64,000 nt of DNA from a virus (taxonomy: Duplodnaviria > Caudoviricetes), in the IMG/VR virus record IMGVR_UViG_3300037524_000450, positions 1 through 64,000 of that record, one strand, 5' to 3'. Below are positions 56,283 through 64,000 of the stretch, piece by piece. Numbering within the stretch: position 1 is the stretch's first letter; every line of letters begins with the position of its first letter. The translations under genes were made by a program, and so were the position numbers. The notes under the pieces are model-generated. The model ran no database searches. It was not told the DNA's origin and worked only from the letters and a program-made list of their open reading frames with translations.

Positions 56283-56585
56283 ATGAATACTACTGATCTT
56301 AAGAATGAGGTGTACCGTAATCTGTCCAAGTCGTTTAGTCCAGCGTTGACCAAGGAAGAGATTTCTACCATTGTTGACACTGTTATTGATGCCATGTCTC
56401 TTGGACTCACAACTAATGACGAAGAAGGCGAGAACAAGGTCGTACTACGAGGATTTGGTACCCTTAAGGTGGTGAACCGTAAGGGCCGTACCTACAGCGT
56501 TCGCGGTAAGCAAGTTACCGTTGGCGACCGCAAGACGGTCGTATTTAAGCCAGGAACCGATCTGGCCAAGTCTATTTCTGAATAA
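56283..56585 (+). CDS. hup: HU/IHF-family DNA-binding protein
   Basis: MNTTDL, VVLRGFGTLKVVNRKGR, RKTVVFKPGTDL. Confidence 0.93.
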   Translation: MNTTDLKNEVYRNLSKSFSPALTKEEISTIVDTVIDAMSLGLTTNDEEGENKVVLRGFGTLKVVNRKGRTYSVRGKQVTVGDRKTVVFKPGTDLAKSISE

Positions 56586-56631
56586 AGGTGGTATTGGCTT
56601 TCTCCCTCCCCTAAGCCAAAAAAACTGCCGT

Positions 56632-56657
56632 AAGCCCTCTTTTTAGAGGGCTTTTTT
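56632..56657 (+). terminator. Intrinsic terminator after HU
   Basis: AAGCCCTCT-TTTT-AGAGGGCTT followed by TTTT. Confidence 0.85.
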
Positions 56658-56678
56658 ATTTATTGTCTAGGAGTTGCT

Positions 56679-57077
56679 ATGTCATATTTTAGGCATTGGA
56701 AATCAACGCATAACGAGCGTAAGCAAGTTGAAAAGGCAAAGGAACAAGGGGCACATGTACGTCGTAAGCGGGGTTTAAGACGCTTGCCTGACGATTATGA
56801 TGACAAGGCTTCCTCTAACTACGATGACCGTAACTGGAAAACCCAGTCTAAGCGGCGTAAGCAGTTTAGAGAGGGGATTATTGAAGCCATTGTTGCTGAG
56901 GAAATGCGGCGTACTAGCGACGATATTATGTCTACCCGAGCTATGGTGTGGGCTGTATTAGACAAACCGAATTGGTTAGAAAAAAATATCAAGGATAAAA
57001 AGAAGCGGCATGAGTTATTTATGGCGTCTCTATCCAACGCCGAGAAGAGACTAGCAAAGTTACGACAGACTAGTTGA
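56679..57077 (+). CDS. Basic hypothetical protein (132 aa)
   Basis: AGGAG SD; N-half YFRH...RRKR..RRLPDDYDD...RNWK...KQF resembles a small basic family I recall from phages; ends in TGA overlapping the next -35 box. Confidence 0.7.
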   Translation: MSYFRHWKSTHNERKQVEKAKEQGAHVRRKRGLRRLPDDYDDKASSNYDDRNWKTQSKRRKQFREGIIEAIVAEEMRRTSDDIMSTRAMVWAVLDKPNWLEKNIKDKKKRHELFMASLSNAEKRLAKLRQTS

Positions 57078-57102
57078 CAACACATAGCACAAGATGTATA
57101 CT
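57074..57102 (+). promoter_or_regulatory. Sigma70/sigmaA-type promoter P1
   Basis: TTGACA (57074-57079), 17 nt, TATACT (57097-57102). Confidence 0.85.
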
Positions 57103-57108
57103 ATTAAT

Positions 57109-57222
57109 GTGAGTTGGGCGACTCACAAGGTTCGCAAAGGCTGGTAACGCAATGTTATCAGCACCCTCCTGAGAGACGGTGGCCTGGGCTTTCCTCCTTT
57201 CCCCCAGGCCACCAATTTTTTT
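57109..57222 (+). ncRNA. Candidate ~110 nt small RNA with three hairpins and anti-SD sequences
   Basis: Bounded by P1 and a terminator; hairpins GTGAGT/ACTCAC, GCTGGTAAC/GTTATCAGC, GGTGGCCTGGG/CCCAGGCCACC; no SD-led ORF inside. Confidence 0.6.
57178..57222 (+). terminator. Intrinsic terminator closing the candidate sRNA
   Basis: 11-bp perfect stem (57178-57188 / 57203-57213) then AATTTTTTT. Confidence 0.75.
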
Positions 57223-57225
57223 GTC

Positions 57226-57254
57226 TTGACAAACCACCCAAGGGAGATTATACT
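57226..57254 (+). promoter_or_regulatory. Sigma70/sigmaA-type promoter P2 (leaderless mRNA)
   Basis: TTGACA (57226-57231), 17 nt, TATACT (57249-57254); predicted +1 coincides with ATG 57261. Confidence 0.85.
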
Positions 57255-57260
57255 GATAAT

Positions 57261-57866
57261 ATGGACAAGAAATACTTTCGTACTGAAACCGGTAAGCTTG
57301 CTTCTAAACCACTGTTGGACCCGCCAAAGCATGTTGGGTACACTTCAGACACAGTCGTGAAGATTGAGTTTGGAATCTCCAAGTGTAGATTCGTCACTCC
57401 GTATCCTAAGGCTTTGGATAACGCTCTCTCTGCCCCACACCCAGGGTATGTGTTCACTCCCTCTTTCAAGGCAGGACACTGGGATGGAATGCACCACTTC
57501 ATTACTCGGGTTGGGTATTTTCCCACAGGGCTTTTACCTGTAGTAATTCACATCTTAAAAACGGGAAATAACCCGTTAATTGACGAGGATAAAGACGGGT
57601 ATAAAGTGTTGAAAAATCCCGTTAAAAGTGTGGAGGTAATCCCACTGAAAGAAGCGGAGAAATTCTACTACCCAGGGCTGGAGAATTATTACGAAAATCG
57701 GTTCTCTCTCTTGGAGAACCTGACCCCCGAAACAGGGGAATTTACCTTCCCTAAAGAGTTGCTAAAGGAGTGGTTAAAAGTGAAGAATTCCAACCCCTTG
57801 ACCCCTCAAGTTTTAGGTTTGGCCGCTTCTCTTCACGAGAACTCTAAAAATGACCCTCCTCTATAA
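57261..57866 (+). CDS. Stand-alone N-terminal domain of a UvsW-like SF2 helicase (201 aa)
   Basis: PGYVFTPSFKAGHWDGMHHF...YFPTGLL pattern typical of UvsW-like N-termini; no Walker motifs. The track start 57114 runs through a terminator and is unlikely. Confidence 0.65.
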   Translation: MDKKYFRTETGKLASKPLLDPPKHVGYTSDTVVKIEFGISKCRFVTPYPKALDNALSAPHPGYVFTPSFKAGHWDGMHHFITRVGYFPTGLLPVVIHILKTGNNPLIDEDKDGYKVLKNPVKSVEVIPLKEAEKFYYPGLENYYENRFSLLENLTPETGEFTFPKELLKEWLKVKNSNPLTPQVLGLAASLHENSKNDPPL

Positions 57867-58028
57867 TAACACTAAACTTCGCGTGCGCCACGCGCACGCG
57901 AGCGCAGAGATAGGAGGTATTACCGTAAGGTAATACCGAGTATCTTGAGCAGGGGTAAAGTAAAGGGATAGGGTAGGACATTCTACTGATATAGTAAACG
58001 TCCTTAGGGGAAGGGGAACCCATAGGGG

Positions 58029-58057
58029 TTGACAAATCCACCAGCAGGGTGTACATT
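58029..58057 (+). promoter_or_regulatory. Sigma70/sigmaA-type promoter P3
   Basis: TTGACA (58029-58034), 17 nt, TACATT (58052-58057). Confidence 0.8.
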
Positions 58058-58073
58058 GAGTTTTGGAGGGTCC

Positions 58074-59369
58074 ATGAGTCTAGCCCAGCTCAAGGTTTCA
58101 AGTTGGCAGCAAATAGCTGATTTCTTTCCAGGTTTGAATCTTTTGGCCGAACTTGAAAACAAAAACCAAATCGAATTCCGTTCCTACCAAGCCCTTGCAG
58201 TTCTCAGCACAATTTTTTCAGGTTACCGTGGAGTTATTCGTTCTGCCACAGGAAGTGGTAAAACTTTAATTTCTGCAGCAATCTGTGGTTCTCTTCTCCC
58301 AAAGAAATCTTTGGTGATGATTCACGGAAAAGAATTAGTCGCACAAACTTACAAAGCTTTTTGTACTTTTCTCGGAAAAGAAAACGTTGGAATCATTTCT
58401 TCGGAAGATTTTGAACCAGGAAATGTAACTGTTGCTTCCATTGACACCTTCAGTTTTTATCTCGGAGATGTTCCTCGTAAACGTACTGGTGTTCCAGTCA
58501 TGGACCCAAAGAAGTTTGAATCTCTCCAGGAACAATTCAAAGCTATTCTCGAAAGTGGTGTAGACATGCTTGTTTTTGATGAAGTACACCACGGTTCAGC
58601 AGAAACTTGGCAGGACGTTGGGAAGACAACGAAAGCTTATTACCGGGTGGGTTTGAGTGGGACTCCGTTGAAGCATGATGAGCTTTCAGACATGCTCATG
58701 ATGTCCCTGGTGGGACCAGTTATTTTTGATCTTAATGCCCCTTGGCTCCAGAAAGAGGGATACCTTGCTCAAGCAGAACTGGAGATCAGATACCTAGATT
58801 TCACTACACCAAAAACCAGAACATACAATTGGCAGGATGCACGTAAACATCTTTTAGTTGAAAATACTGAAAGAACAGTTACTATCGCAAAAGATATCGT
58901 AGAAGCAATTCAAAACAAAGATACTCGGCTTTTAGTTTTAACAGGAAATTCTGTAGAGCTTGCAGAATCACTTTACGAAGAAGTTGAAGCTCTTTGTTAC
59001 CCACTCGTGAAGAAGCTGGGTTTCAAACCTTACACGATGGTAAACGGGACTATGGCAAGCCGTAAGGTTTCAAAAGCATTTAATGATCTTCGTAAAGGAA
59101 ATGTTCGTTGTGTAATCACTACAAAGCTGGCAGACGAAGGCATCGACGTTCCAGACATCAACCTCCTCTACCTCGTCGGCGGGGGTAAGGCATACGTTTC
59201 AACCGTACAGCGTATTGGGCGTGGTCTCCGAGTCAAGAGTGACAACGACCACCTTCTTGTGGTAGACTATTTCACTCGGGGTAACAAGTACCTCGAAAAG
59301 CATGACCGCGCCCGGTTGAAGACCTACGAAAACGAAGAGTTTTTCAGGGAGATAACCATCCATGAGTAA
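58074..59369 (+). CDS. Superfamily 2 helicase core (UvsW-like, 431 aa)
   Basis: FRSYQ, SATGSGKT, FDEVHH, GLSGTP, DEGIDVPDI, QRIGRGLR; GGAGG SD sets the start at 58074. Confidence 0.92.
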   Translation: MSLAQLKVSSWQQIADFFPGLNLLAELENKNQIEFRSYQALAVLSTIFSGYRGVIRSATGSGKTLISAAICGSLLPKKSLVMIHGKELVAQTYKAFCTFLGKENVGIISSEDFEPGNVTVASIDTFSFYLGDVPRKRTGVPVMDPKKFESLQEQFKAILESGVDMLVFDEVHHGSAETWQDVGKTTKAYYRVGLSGTPLKHDELSDMLMMSLVGPVIFDLNAPWLQKEGYLAQAELEIRYLDFTTPKTRTYNWQDARKHLLVENTERTVTIAKDIVEAIQNKDTRLLVLTGNSVELAESLYEEVEALCYPLVKKLGFKPYTMVNGTMASRKVSKAFNDLRKGNVRCVITTKLADEGIDVPDINLLYLVGGGKAYVSTVQRIGRGLRVKSDNDHLLVVDYFTRGNKYLEKHDRARLKTYENEEFFREITIHE

Positions 59370-60105
59370 TATGCTCTTTAATTATGATCCTCCCGACTAT
59401 ACCGTGGGGGATGATGATTACAACGAGTGTAGGAACCTGGATGAAGTAAGGGCGCTCAGGCTCACAAAGACCTATGCTGACTTCGTTCGCCAGCGGTATC
59501 GGGGTGACGTTGAATTCAAATTCCGTAATTTCAAGCCCGACAAGAAGGGCAAGTCTTTCAGAACAATGCCCCTGTACAAAAACCTTAGAACCTATGTCTT
59601 GGACAAGTTGCCCGAGGGTAAGGAAGCATACTTTATCGCTTTCGTGTTCGAGAGTTGGGACAAGCGTAGAAATAATATCGGAAGGTTGGAACGAGCAGGT
59701 TTTAATATAACGGGTGTTGCTTACCCCTCGTGGAAGTACATCATCGACAACCACGAAGAGCTTATTCAAAACTTCTTGAACAACAAGAATTACGCCCCTA
59801 AAGAGTTTATCCCTAAGGATGACTTCATTGCCAACTACAGCGAGGCCATAGAAGCTCGCATGTTGCGCTGGTGTGACAAGTATGGTAAAACACCAAGAGA
59901 GTACTGGCTCACGGGGAAGAACCTCTTCCCCCCGTTCTTGAGTTCTAAGGAATTCCCTTACGCCTGTAAGCACAAGGACGGTCTTGAGACTTATGCTAAG
60001 GACATCAAGAAGCAATTTGACATCACCCTGGAGGAGTTGAAAGAGTTTATTGAAGCACTCGAAGAAGCTGAGAGAGAACAGATAGACGCCCAGCTAAAAA
60101 GATAA
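59362..60105 (+). CDS. Hypothetical replication-region protein (247 aa)
   Basis: Overlaps the helicase stop, GGGAG SD, precedes the DnaB-like gene; no motif recognised. Confidence 0.7.
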   Translation: MSNMLFNYDPPDYTVGDDDYNECRNLDEVRALRLTKTYADFVRQRYRGDVEFKFRNFKPDKKGKSFRTMPLYKNLRTYVLDKLPEGKEAYFIAFVFESWDKRRNNIGRLERAGFNITGVAYPSWKYIIDNHEELIQNFLNNKNYAPKEFIPKDDFIANYSEAIEARMLRWCDKYGKTPREYWLTGKNLFPPFLSSKEFPYACKHKDGLETYAKDIKKQFDITLEELKEFIEALEEAEREQIDAQLKR

Positions 60106-60146
60106 TACTCAGGAGTATAATACTTTGCCGTAGAAAAGGAGATTCC

Positions 60147-61559
60147 GTGGCAAGCAATTTGGAAACCTTCTCGACCGAGTTCAAGCGTGATTGTCTAGCG
60201 TTCTTCTTGAATGACAGCCTCGCAGCCAAGACTGCGTTGACTCACCTACCCGATGACTTCTTTGACTTTGACCCGGAGTATGCCATCATCTTCAGGGCGT
60301 TCAAGGAGTTCCTTGAGAAGTACCAAGATCGCCCATCTAGAAATGCCCTTATCGACTACATTACCGATTGGTGTGTCAAGACTAAGCTTGACGCCCAGAA
60401 GACGCAGACTGTTCTTAACGTTCTCGACGTGACCTGGAAGTGGGATGAGTATAACCCGGCATATGTCCGGGATAAGCTTTACGATGCCATTAAGGCACAC
60501 GAAGTGTTCAAGGTGGCCCGTCAAATTGACAGCTTCATCGACAAGGGTAACTACGATGATCTGGTCCAGGCAATGGCCAAGGCTCGTAGCTGCGTGGACG
60601 AGGAAGACCCCGTTATCGAGTACTGGGAAGATACCAACGAGCGCATGACCCGTATTGCCAAGCGACAGTTGAGAGTCATTCCTACTGGTATGGCCCCTGT
60701 TGACAACCTGCTGAGTGGTGGTCTTGTCCGGGGTGGCATTGGAATGATCCTGGGCGGCTCAGGAAGGGGCAAGACAGCGATCCTAGGCCAGCTCGCGCTC
60801 AAGGCTTCCCTCCAAGGTTTCACGGCAGCCTACGTCACCCTGGAGGCTGGTGCGGACGAAATCATGAGAAGGTGTGACGCTCACAACTCCGGAGTTGTTC
60901 TCAAAGACATCGCTCTGTCCAAGATCAAGAAGAAGCTGGCCACCAAGCTGTTTGATCTGTACACGCAGAGTAAGACAACCCCTGGTCCTCTGTACGTCCA
61001 GTATTATCCTACCAAGACGATAGGTGTTTCCCAGATTGACGAGTTCGTGTCCCACATCAGGGAGGTCCGTGGACACTCCATTGACCTCTTGGTGGTGGAC
61101 TACTTTGATCTGCTTAAGATGGCGGGTAACTACACCAAGAAGTACGAGGCGCTCGAAGAGAACATCGAGATTCTCCGAGGTGTCGCAGGCAAGTATGACT
61201 TGGCCCTCTGGACAGCTTCCCAGGTCAATCGGAGCGGGCTGGACAAGGAAGTCGTGGACATGGATGACATCGCCAGTGGCTTCGGTAAGGTCTTCCCCCT
61301 TGACCTGCTTATCAGTATCTCCCAGACCAAGCAGGAGAGAGCCAAGAACGTTCTCAGGTTCCACTTCGCCAAGAACCGGCAAGGTCCGGGTGGAGCCATC
61401 GTGTACGTGGAGCCGGATTTCGAGCGTATGCAGTTTACGGCGCTTACGGATGAGGAAGCCGAGCAGAAGGGCCTTTACGACAAGAAAGCAAAAGCCTCAA
61501 AAATGGGGCAGAAACAGCTCCTAGGTCCGACTACGAGCTTTGGCACCCAGGGGCCTTAG
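60147..61559 (+). CDS. dnaB: Replicative DNA helicase, DnaB / T4 gp41-like
   Basis: GGSGRGKT Walker A, YVTLE, LLVVDYFDLL, WTASQVNR, AKNRQG; AAGGAG SD and GTG start. Confidence 0.93.
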   Translation: MASNLETFSTEFKRDCLAFFLNDSLAAKTALTHLPDDFFDFDPEYAIIFRAFKEFLEKYQDRPSRNALIDYITDWCVKTKLDAQKTQTVLNVLDVTWKWDEYNPAYVRDKLYDAIKAHEVFKVARQIDSFIDKGNYDDLVQAMAKARSCVDEEDPVIEYWEDTNERMTRIAKRQLRVIPTGMAPVDNLLSGGLVRGGIGMILGGSGRGKTAILGQLALKASLQGFTAAYVTLEAGADEIMRRCDAHNSGVVLKDIALSKIKKKLATKLFDLYTQSKTTPGPLYVQYYPTKTIGVSQIDEFVSHIREVRGHSIDLLVVDYFDLLKMAGNYTKKYEALEENIEILRGVAGKYDLALWTASQVNRSGLDKEVVDMDDIASGFGKVFPLDLLISISQTKQERAKNVLRFHFAKNRQGPGGAIVYVEPDFERMQFTALTDEEAEQKGLYDKKAKASKMGQKQLLGPTTSFGTQGP

Positions 61560-62585
61560 GTGGCACGGGCAACGAATCCTGAGCAGCTTGTAGCCCTACT
61601 GGACAGGGTCTGGCCAGAACACCCTGTGGAGAAGCAGGGTGAAGAGCATATGGTGAGCTGCCCCTTTTGCGACTCCAGTAAAAATAAGTGTGCCGTAAAC
61701 CCTAAGAAGGGCGTATTCCAGTGCTGGGTGTGTGGGGAGCGTGGGCCAACACTCAAGCTCCTCATGCACCTGTTTGATTTGAGGCTCATCGAGCAGACAG
61801 ACATTGACGCTGTGCGTTCCGGGTCAAGTTTAATTAATTTAAGCTCAGTTATCCAGGAGTATAAGTCCAAGAAGAAAAAAGAAAATTTTTTGTGGAATGA
61901 ACAGATTCCTTGTGTCTTCCCTCCCAAGACATACCCCATATCTGAGTTTCGTGCTCACAACACGTTGGAGGGAAAGCTCCACAGGGCAGTTACCAAGTAT
62001 CTGAAAGGTAGGGGAATGAGTGAGGAGGATATCGCGCTGTACCGGCTCCATTTCTGTATAGCGGTGGATTCCCCTTACTATGCTCATATCTTCTTCCCGG
62101 CGCTTGGGGAGTTTGGGAAGCAGCTCGTGTTCTGGACCACGAGGTCCATTATCCCCAATGCCAACCCCAAGAGCCTGCACTCTAGCAGGAAGTATTCTCG
62201 TTTCTCCGCCAAGCAGATCATGTTCAACCAGCACCTTATAAGCTCCCCTATGGCTATCTGTGAAGGCCCCTTCGACGCTTTCTCCATTATGAAGGTAACG
62301 GGTATCCCTGCAGTTCCCCTGCTGGGGAAGCAGCTTCATGAGTTTCACAGAAATTACATCGAGAGTGTGGGTGTAAAAGAGGTGTACTTGTGCCTTGATC
62401 CGGATGCCAAAGAAGAGCAGGAGAAAGCTGCCAGGGCATTCGTAAGGCAGGGTATAACGCCTTACTTGGTGGAGTTCGAAGAGGGGGATGCCAACTCTAT
62501 CGCCCCAGAAAAATTATACGCAGCCTTTCAGGAAGCTGCGTATAAGAAGAGTAACATAGTTACTGATTGGTGTAAGACTGTTTAG
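61560..62585 (+). CDS. dnaG: DNA primase (zinc finger plus TOPRIM)
   Basis: CPFC...FQCWVC zinc finger; ICEGPFDA, CLDPDA, GDAN TOPRIM motifs. Confidence 0.9.
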   Translation: MARATNPEQLVALLDRVWPEHPVEKQGEEHMVSCPFCDSSKNKCAVNPKKGVFQCWVCGERGPTLKLLMHLFDLRLIEQTDIDAVRSGSSLINLSSVIQEYKSKKKKENFLWNEQIPCVFPPKTYPISEFRAHNTLEGKLHRAVTKYLKGRGMSEEDIALYRLHFCIAVDSPYYAHIFFPALGEFGKQLVFWTTRSIIPNANPKSLHSSRKYSRFSAKQIMFNQHLISSPMAICEGPFDAFSIMKVTGIPAVPLLGKQLHEFHRNYIESVGVKEVYLCLDPDAKEEQEKAARAFVRQGITPYLVEFEEGDANSIAPEKLYAAFQEAAYKKSNIVTDWCKTV

Positions 62586-63829
62586 AACCTTCTCCGAGAA
62601 CGTAATTCTTCTTTGTCTTGTTTGTACTGTAGTCTGTCCATAGCGTCGTTGTAGGCTTCCCGGTGACGGTCTGCTTTCCGTTGAAGATACTTCTTGTTCC
62701 CGGTTACAACGTCTTTGACTTTTTTAGCCCCATACAGAGCGGCTGCTGTGTAGAGTAATTTTTTACCAGTATGCCCACTAGCTGCCCACTTGGCCCAGTG
62801 TCCTACCCCTTTGGCTGCTCCCTTTACAGTCCCTTTTACTGCTTTGCCAACACCCGCTTCAATGTTAGAACCTATCTGGCTTAGGTTGTTTTGTAGCGAG
62901 GTTTCAGTAATGTGTGCGGCTCTACTTCTTAGCATTTCTTTAACCGCCCCAGGAATTGGGTCATCAGTTGCCCGTTTTCTTGGGGAGTTAAAGTGCCGAG
63001 GGGAACGTCTTACCTTTCCTTGGGTAGCCGAAATCCATTGATTTCGTTGATACTGGTTTACATCTTTCATTTGTTTATAGGGGTTTAACTCAAACCCAGA
63101 TAAAGCTCCTGCTCCAATAGACTCAGCCACTGGGCGTTTTGCACCAATATTACCAAGTCTGTTTCCTATAGATTGCCCAATTCCTCCTGCTACTCCAACG
63201 GCAGCCGTTTTACCTAATAGTGCAGCCGCCTTCTTTCTTGCAAAGCTTCCCGGTGCTCCGACAGCCCCACGGTACATGGTACCAAAGAAACCTTCGTACA
63301 TGTTGTTAATAGTATCGTCTAGGCTTTCTCCGGAGAACGCCCGCTTGATTTTAGTCCCAGCATAACTTAATCCACCGTCAATAACGGCTTGTTTAGCCAT
63401 GCTGCCTGCATGCTTTTTGACAACACCCATAGCAAGGCGACCAATACCACCAAGAACAGCACGCGCTCCAATAGCTCCAGCAGCGGCTACTGGAGCAATT
63501 TCATAAATGTTGTCAATGATGTCTTCTAGACTTTCTGACTTTTTCATAAAGCCTTCTTTTGCTCCCTTGACAGCATTTTTTAAATCTTGTGTGGCTTGCC
63601 GACGATATGTTTCGCCTCCGCGACCTTCCATACCAACAGCTTTAACTCTTCGCTTGGCAGCATCCCAAGCAGCCGTTGCATGGGGTTTAACATTTTTCCA
63701 AGTATTGCTCGCACTCTTTTTGAGTGTTTTCCAGGCGTGTTCTGCTTGTGGTTTAAAATTTTTCCAAGCAGCATGAATATCAAATTCATAGATGTTGTCT
63801 ACAGTTTCCATAAGTCGGTCACTAACCAT
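62582..63829 (-). CDS. Putative polyprotein (415 aa) of cationic amphipathic peptides separated by acidic spacers
   Basis: AAAGGAAG SD before the ATG at 63829 (minus); repeated E-S-L-x-D-x-I-x-N-x-Y-E spacers; only clearly real minus-strand gene, convergent with primase (4 bp overlap). Confidence 0.75.
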   Translation of the reverse strand: MVSDRLMETVDNIYEFDIHAAWKNFKPQAEHAWKTLKKSASNTWKNVKPHATAAWDAAKRRVKAVGMEGRGGETYRRQATQDLKNAVKGAKEGFMKKSESLEDIIDNIYEIAPVAAAGAIGARAVLGGIGRLAMGVVKKHAGSMAKQAVIDGGLSYAGTKIKRAFSGESLDDTINNMYEGFFGTMYRGAVGAPGSFARKKAAALLGKTAAVGVAGGIGQSIGNRLGNIGAKRPVAESIGAGALSGFELNPYKQMKDVNQYQRNQWISATQGKVRRSPRHFNSPRKRATDDPIPGAVKEMLRSRAAHITETSLQNNLSQIGSNIEAGVGKAVKGTVKGAAKGVGHWAKWAASGHTGKKLLYTAAALYGAKKVKDVVTGNKKYLQRKADRHREAYNDAMDRLQYKQDKEELRSRRRF

Positions 63830-64000
63830 GATGTCTTCCTTTCGGGTGTTTGTCTTAGTTGCAGTATTGAGTTTGAACTTACTTTGGTCTATAGACATAC
63901 CTACTCTATTTACTGCTTCCGGGTCCATATGCTTAGATACTGCAATCTGAGCATTATATAGTTGGGGGCCTTGTTGTTTTTTAGCAACCGAACTTTTAGG

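Noticed and set aside
57075-57077. TGA stop of the 132-aa gene as a Sec site
   Set aside because: The TGA is part of the TTGACA -35 box; no hairpin at the right spacing and a TAA follows within 10 codons.
57109-57222. Candidate sRNA as a tRNA (including tRNA-Sec) or a known riboswitch
   Set aside because: No cloverleaf, T-loop or UCA anticodon arm; only fragmentary resemblance to riboswitch motifs, and a new promoter follows the terminator.
57867-58073. Self-splicing intron joining the two helicase parts
   Set aside because: The downstream part has its own promoter and SD, and I recognise no group I P7 or group II domain V; an Infernal search is needed to exclude it fully.
61557-61562. Helicase TAG directly followed in frame by primase GTG (possible readthrough fusion)
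   Set aside because: The primase has a plausible SD (AGGGG 61549-61553), and tight in-frame junctions are common in this window; no readthrough signal seen.
1-64000. Genome-wide stop-codon reassignment (TGA=Gly/Trp or TAG=Gln)
   Set aside because: ORFs of 1089-1702 aa contain no in-frame TGA or TAG, and TAG ends many conserved genes at expected lengths. Only one TGA interrupts a gene, so any recoding is site-specific.

Overview
A 64 kb segment of a large contractile-tailed (myovirus) phage with a distantly T4-like virion module, almost all on the + strand. Order: end of a probable portal, MuF-like protein, gp68-like core protein, ~10 kb of unknown probable internal head proteins, prohead protease with nested scaffold, major capsid, neck, sheath, tube, tail chaperones, tape measure, baseplate, fibres, lysis genes, HU, a small promoter/sRNA region, a split SF2 helicase, DnaB-like helicase and primase, then one convergent minus-strand gene. 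Top observation: the baseplate spike gene has a single in-frame TGA (30438-30440) followed by a hairpin whose AGGUC loop sits at the same spacing and codon register as the E. coli fdhF SECIS, suggesting selenocysteine-dependent completion of a virion protein. Also notable: a polyprotein of cationic amphipathic peptides separated by repeated acidic protease-site spacers (62582-63829), a candidate sRNA displaying anti-Shine-Dalgarno loops, one beta-rich module in five structural genes (once nested inside itself), and a catalytically dead papain-like baseplate protein. Family assignments come from motifs I recognise by eye and from gene order; no database search was run. No tRNA, rRNA, CRISPR array, integrase or transposase was seen.
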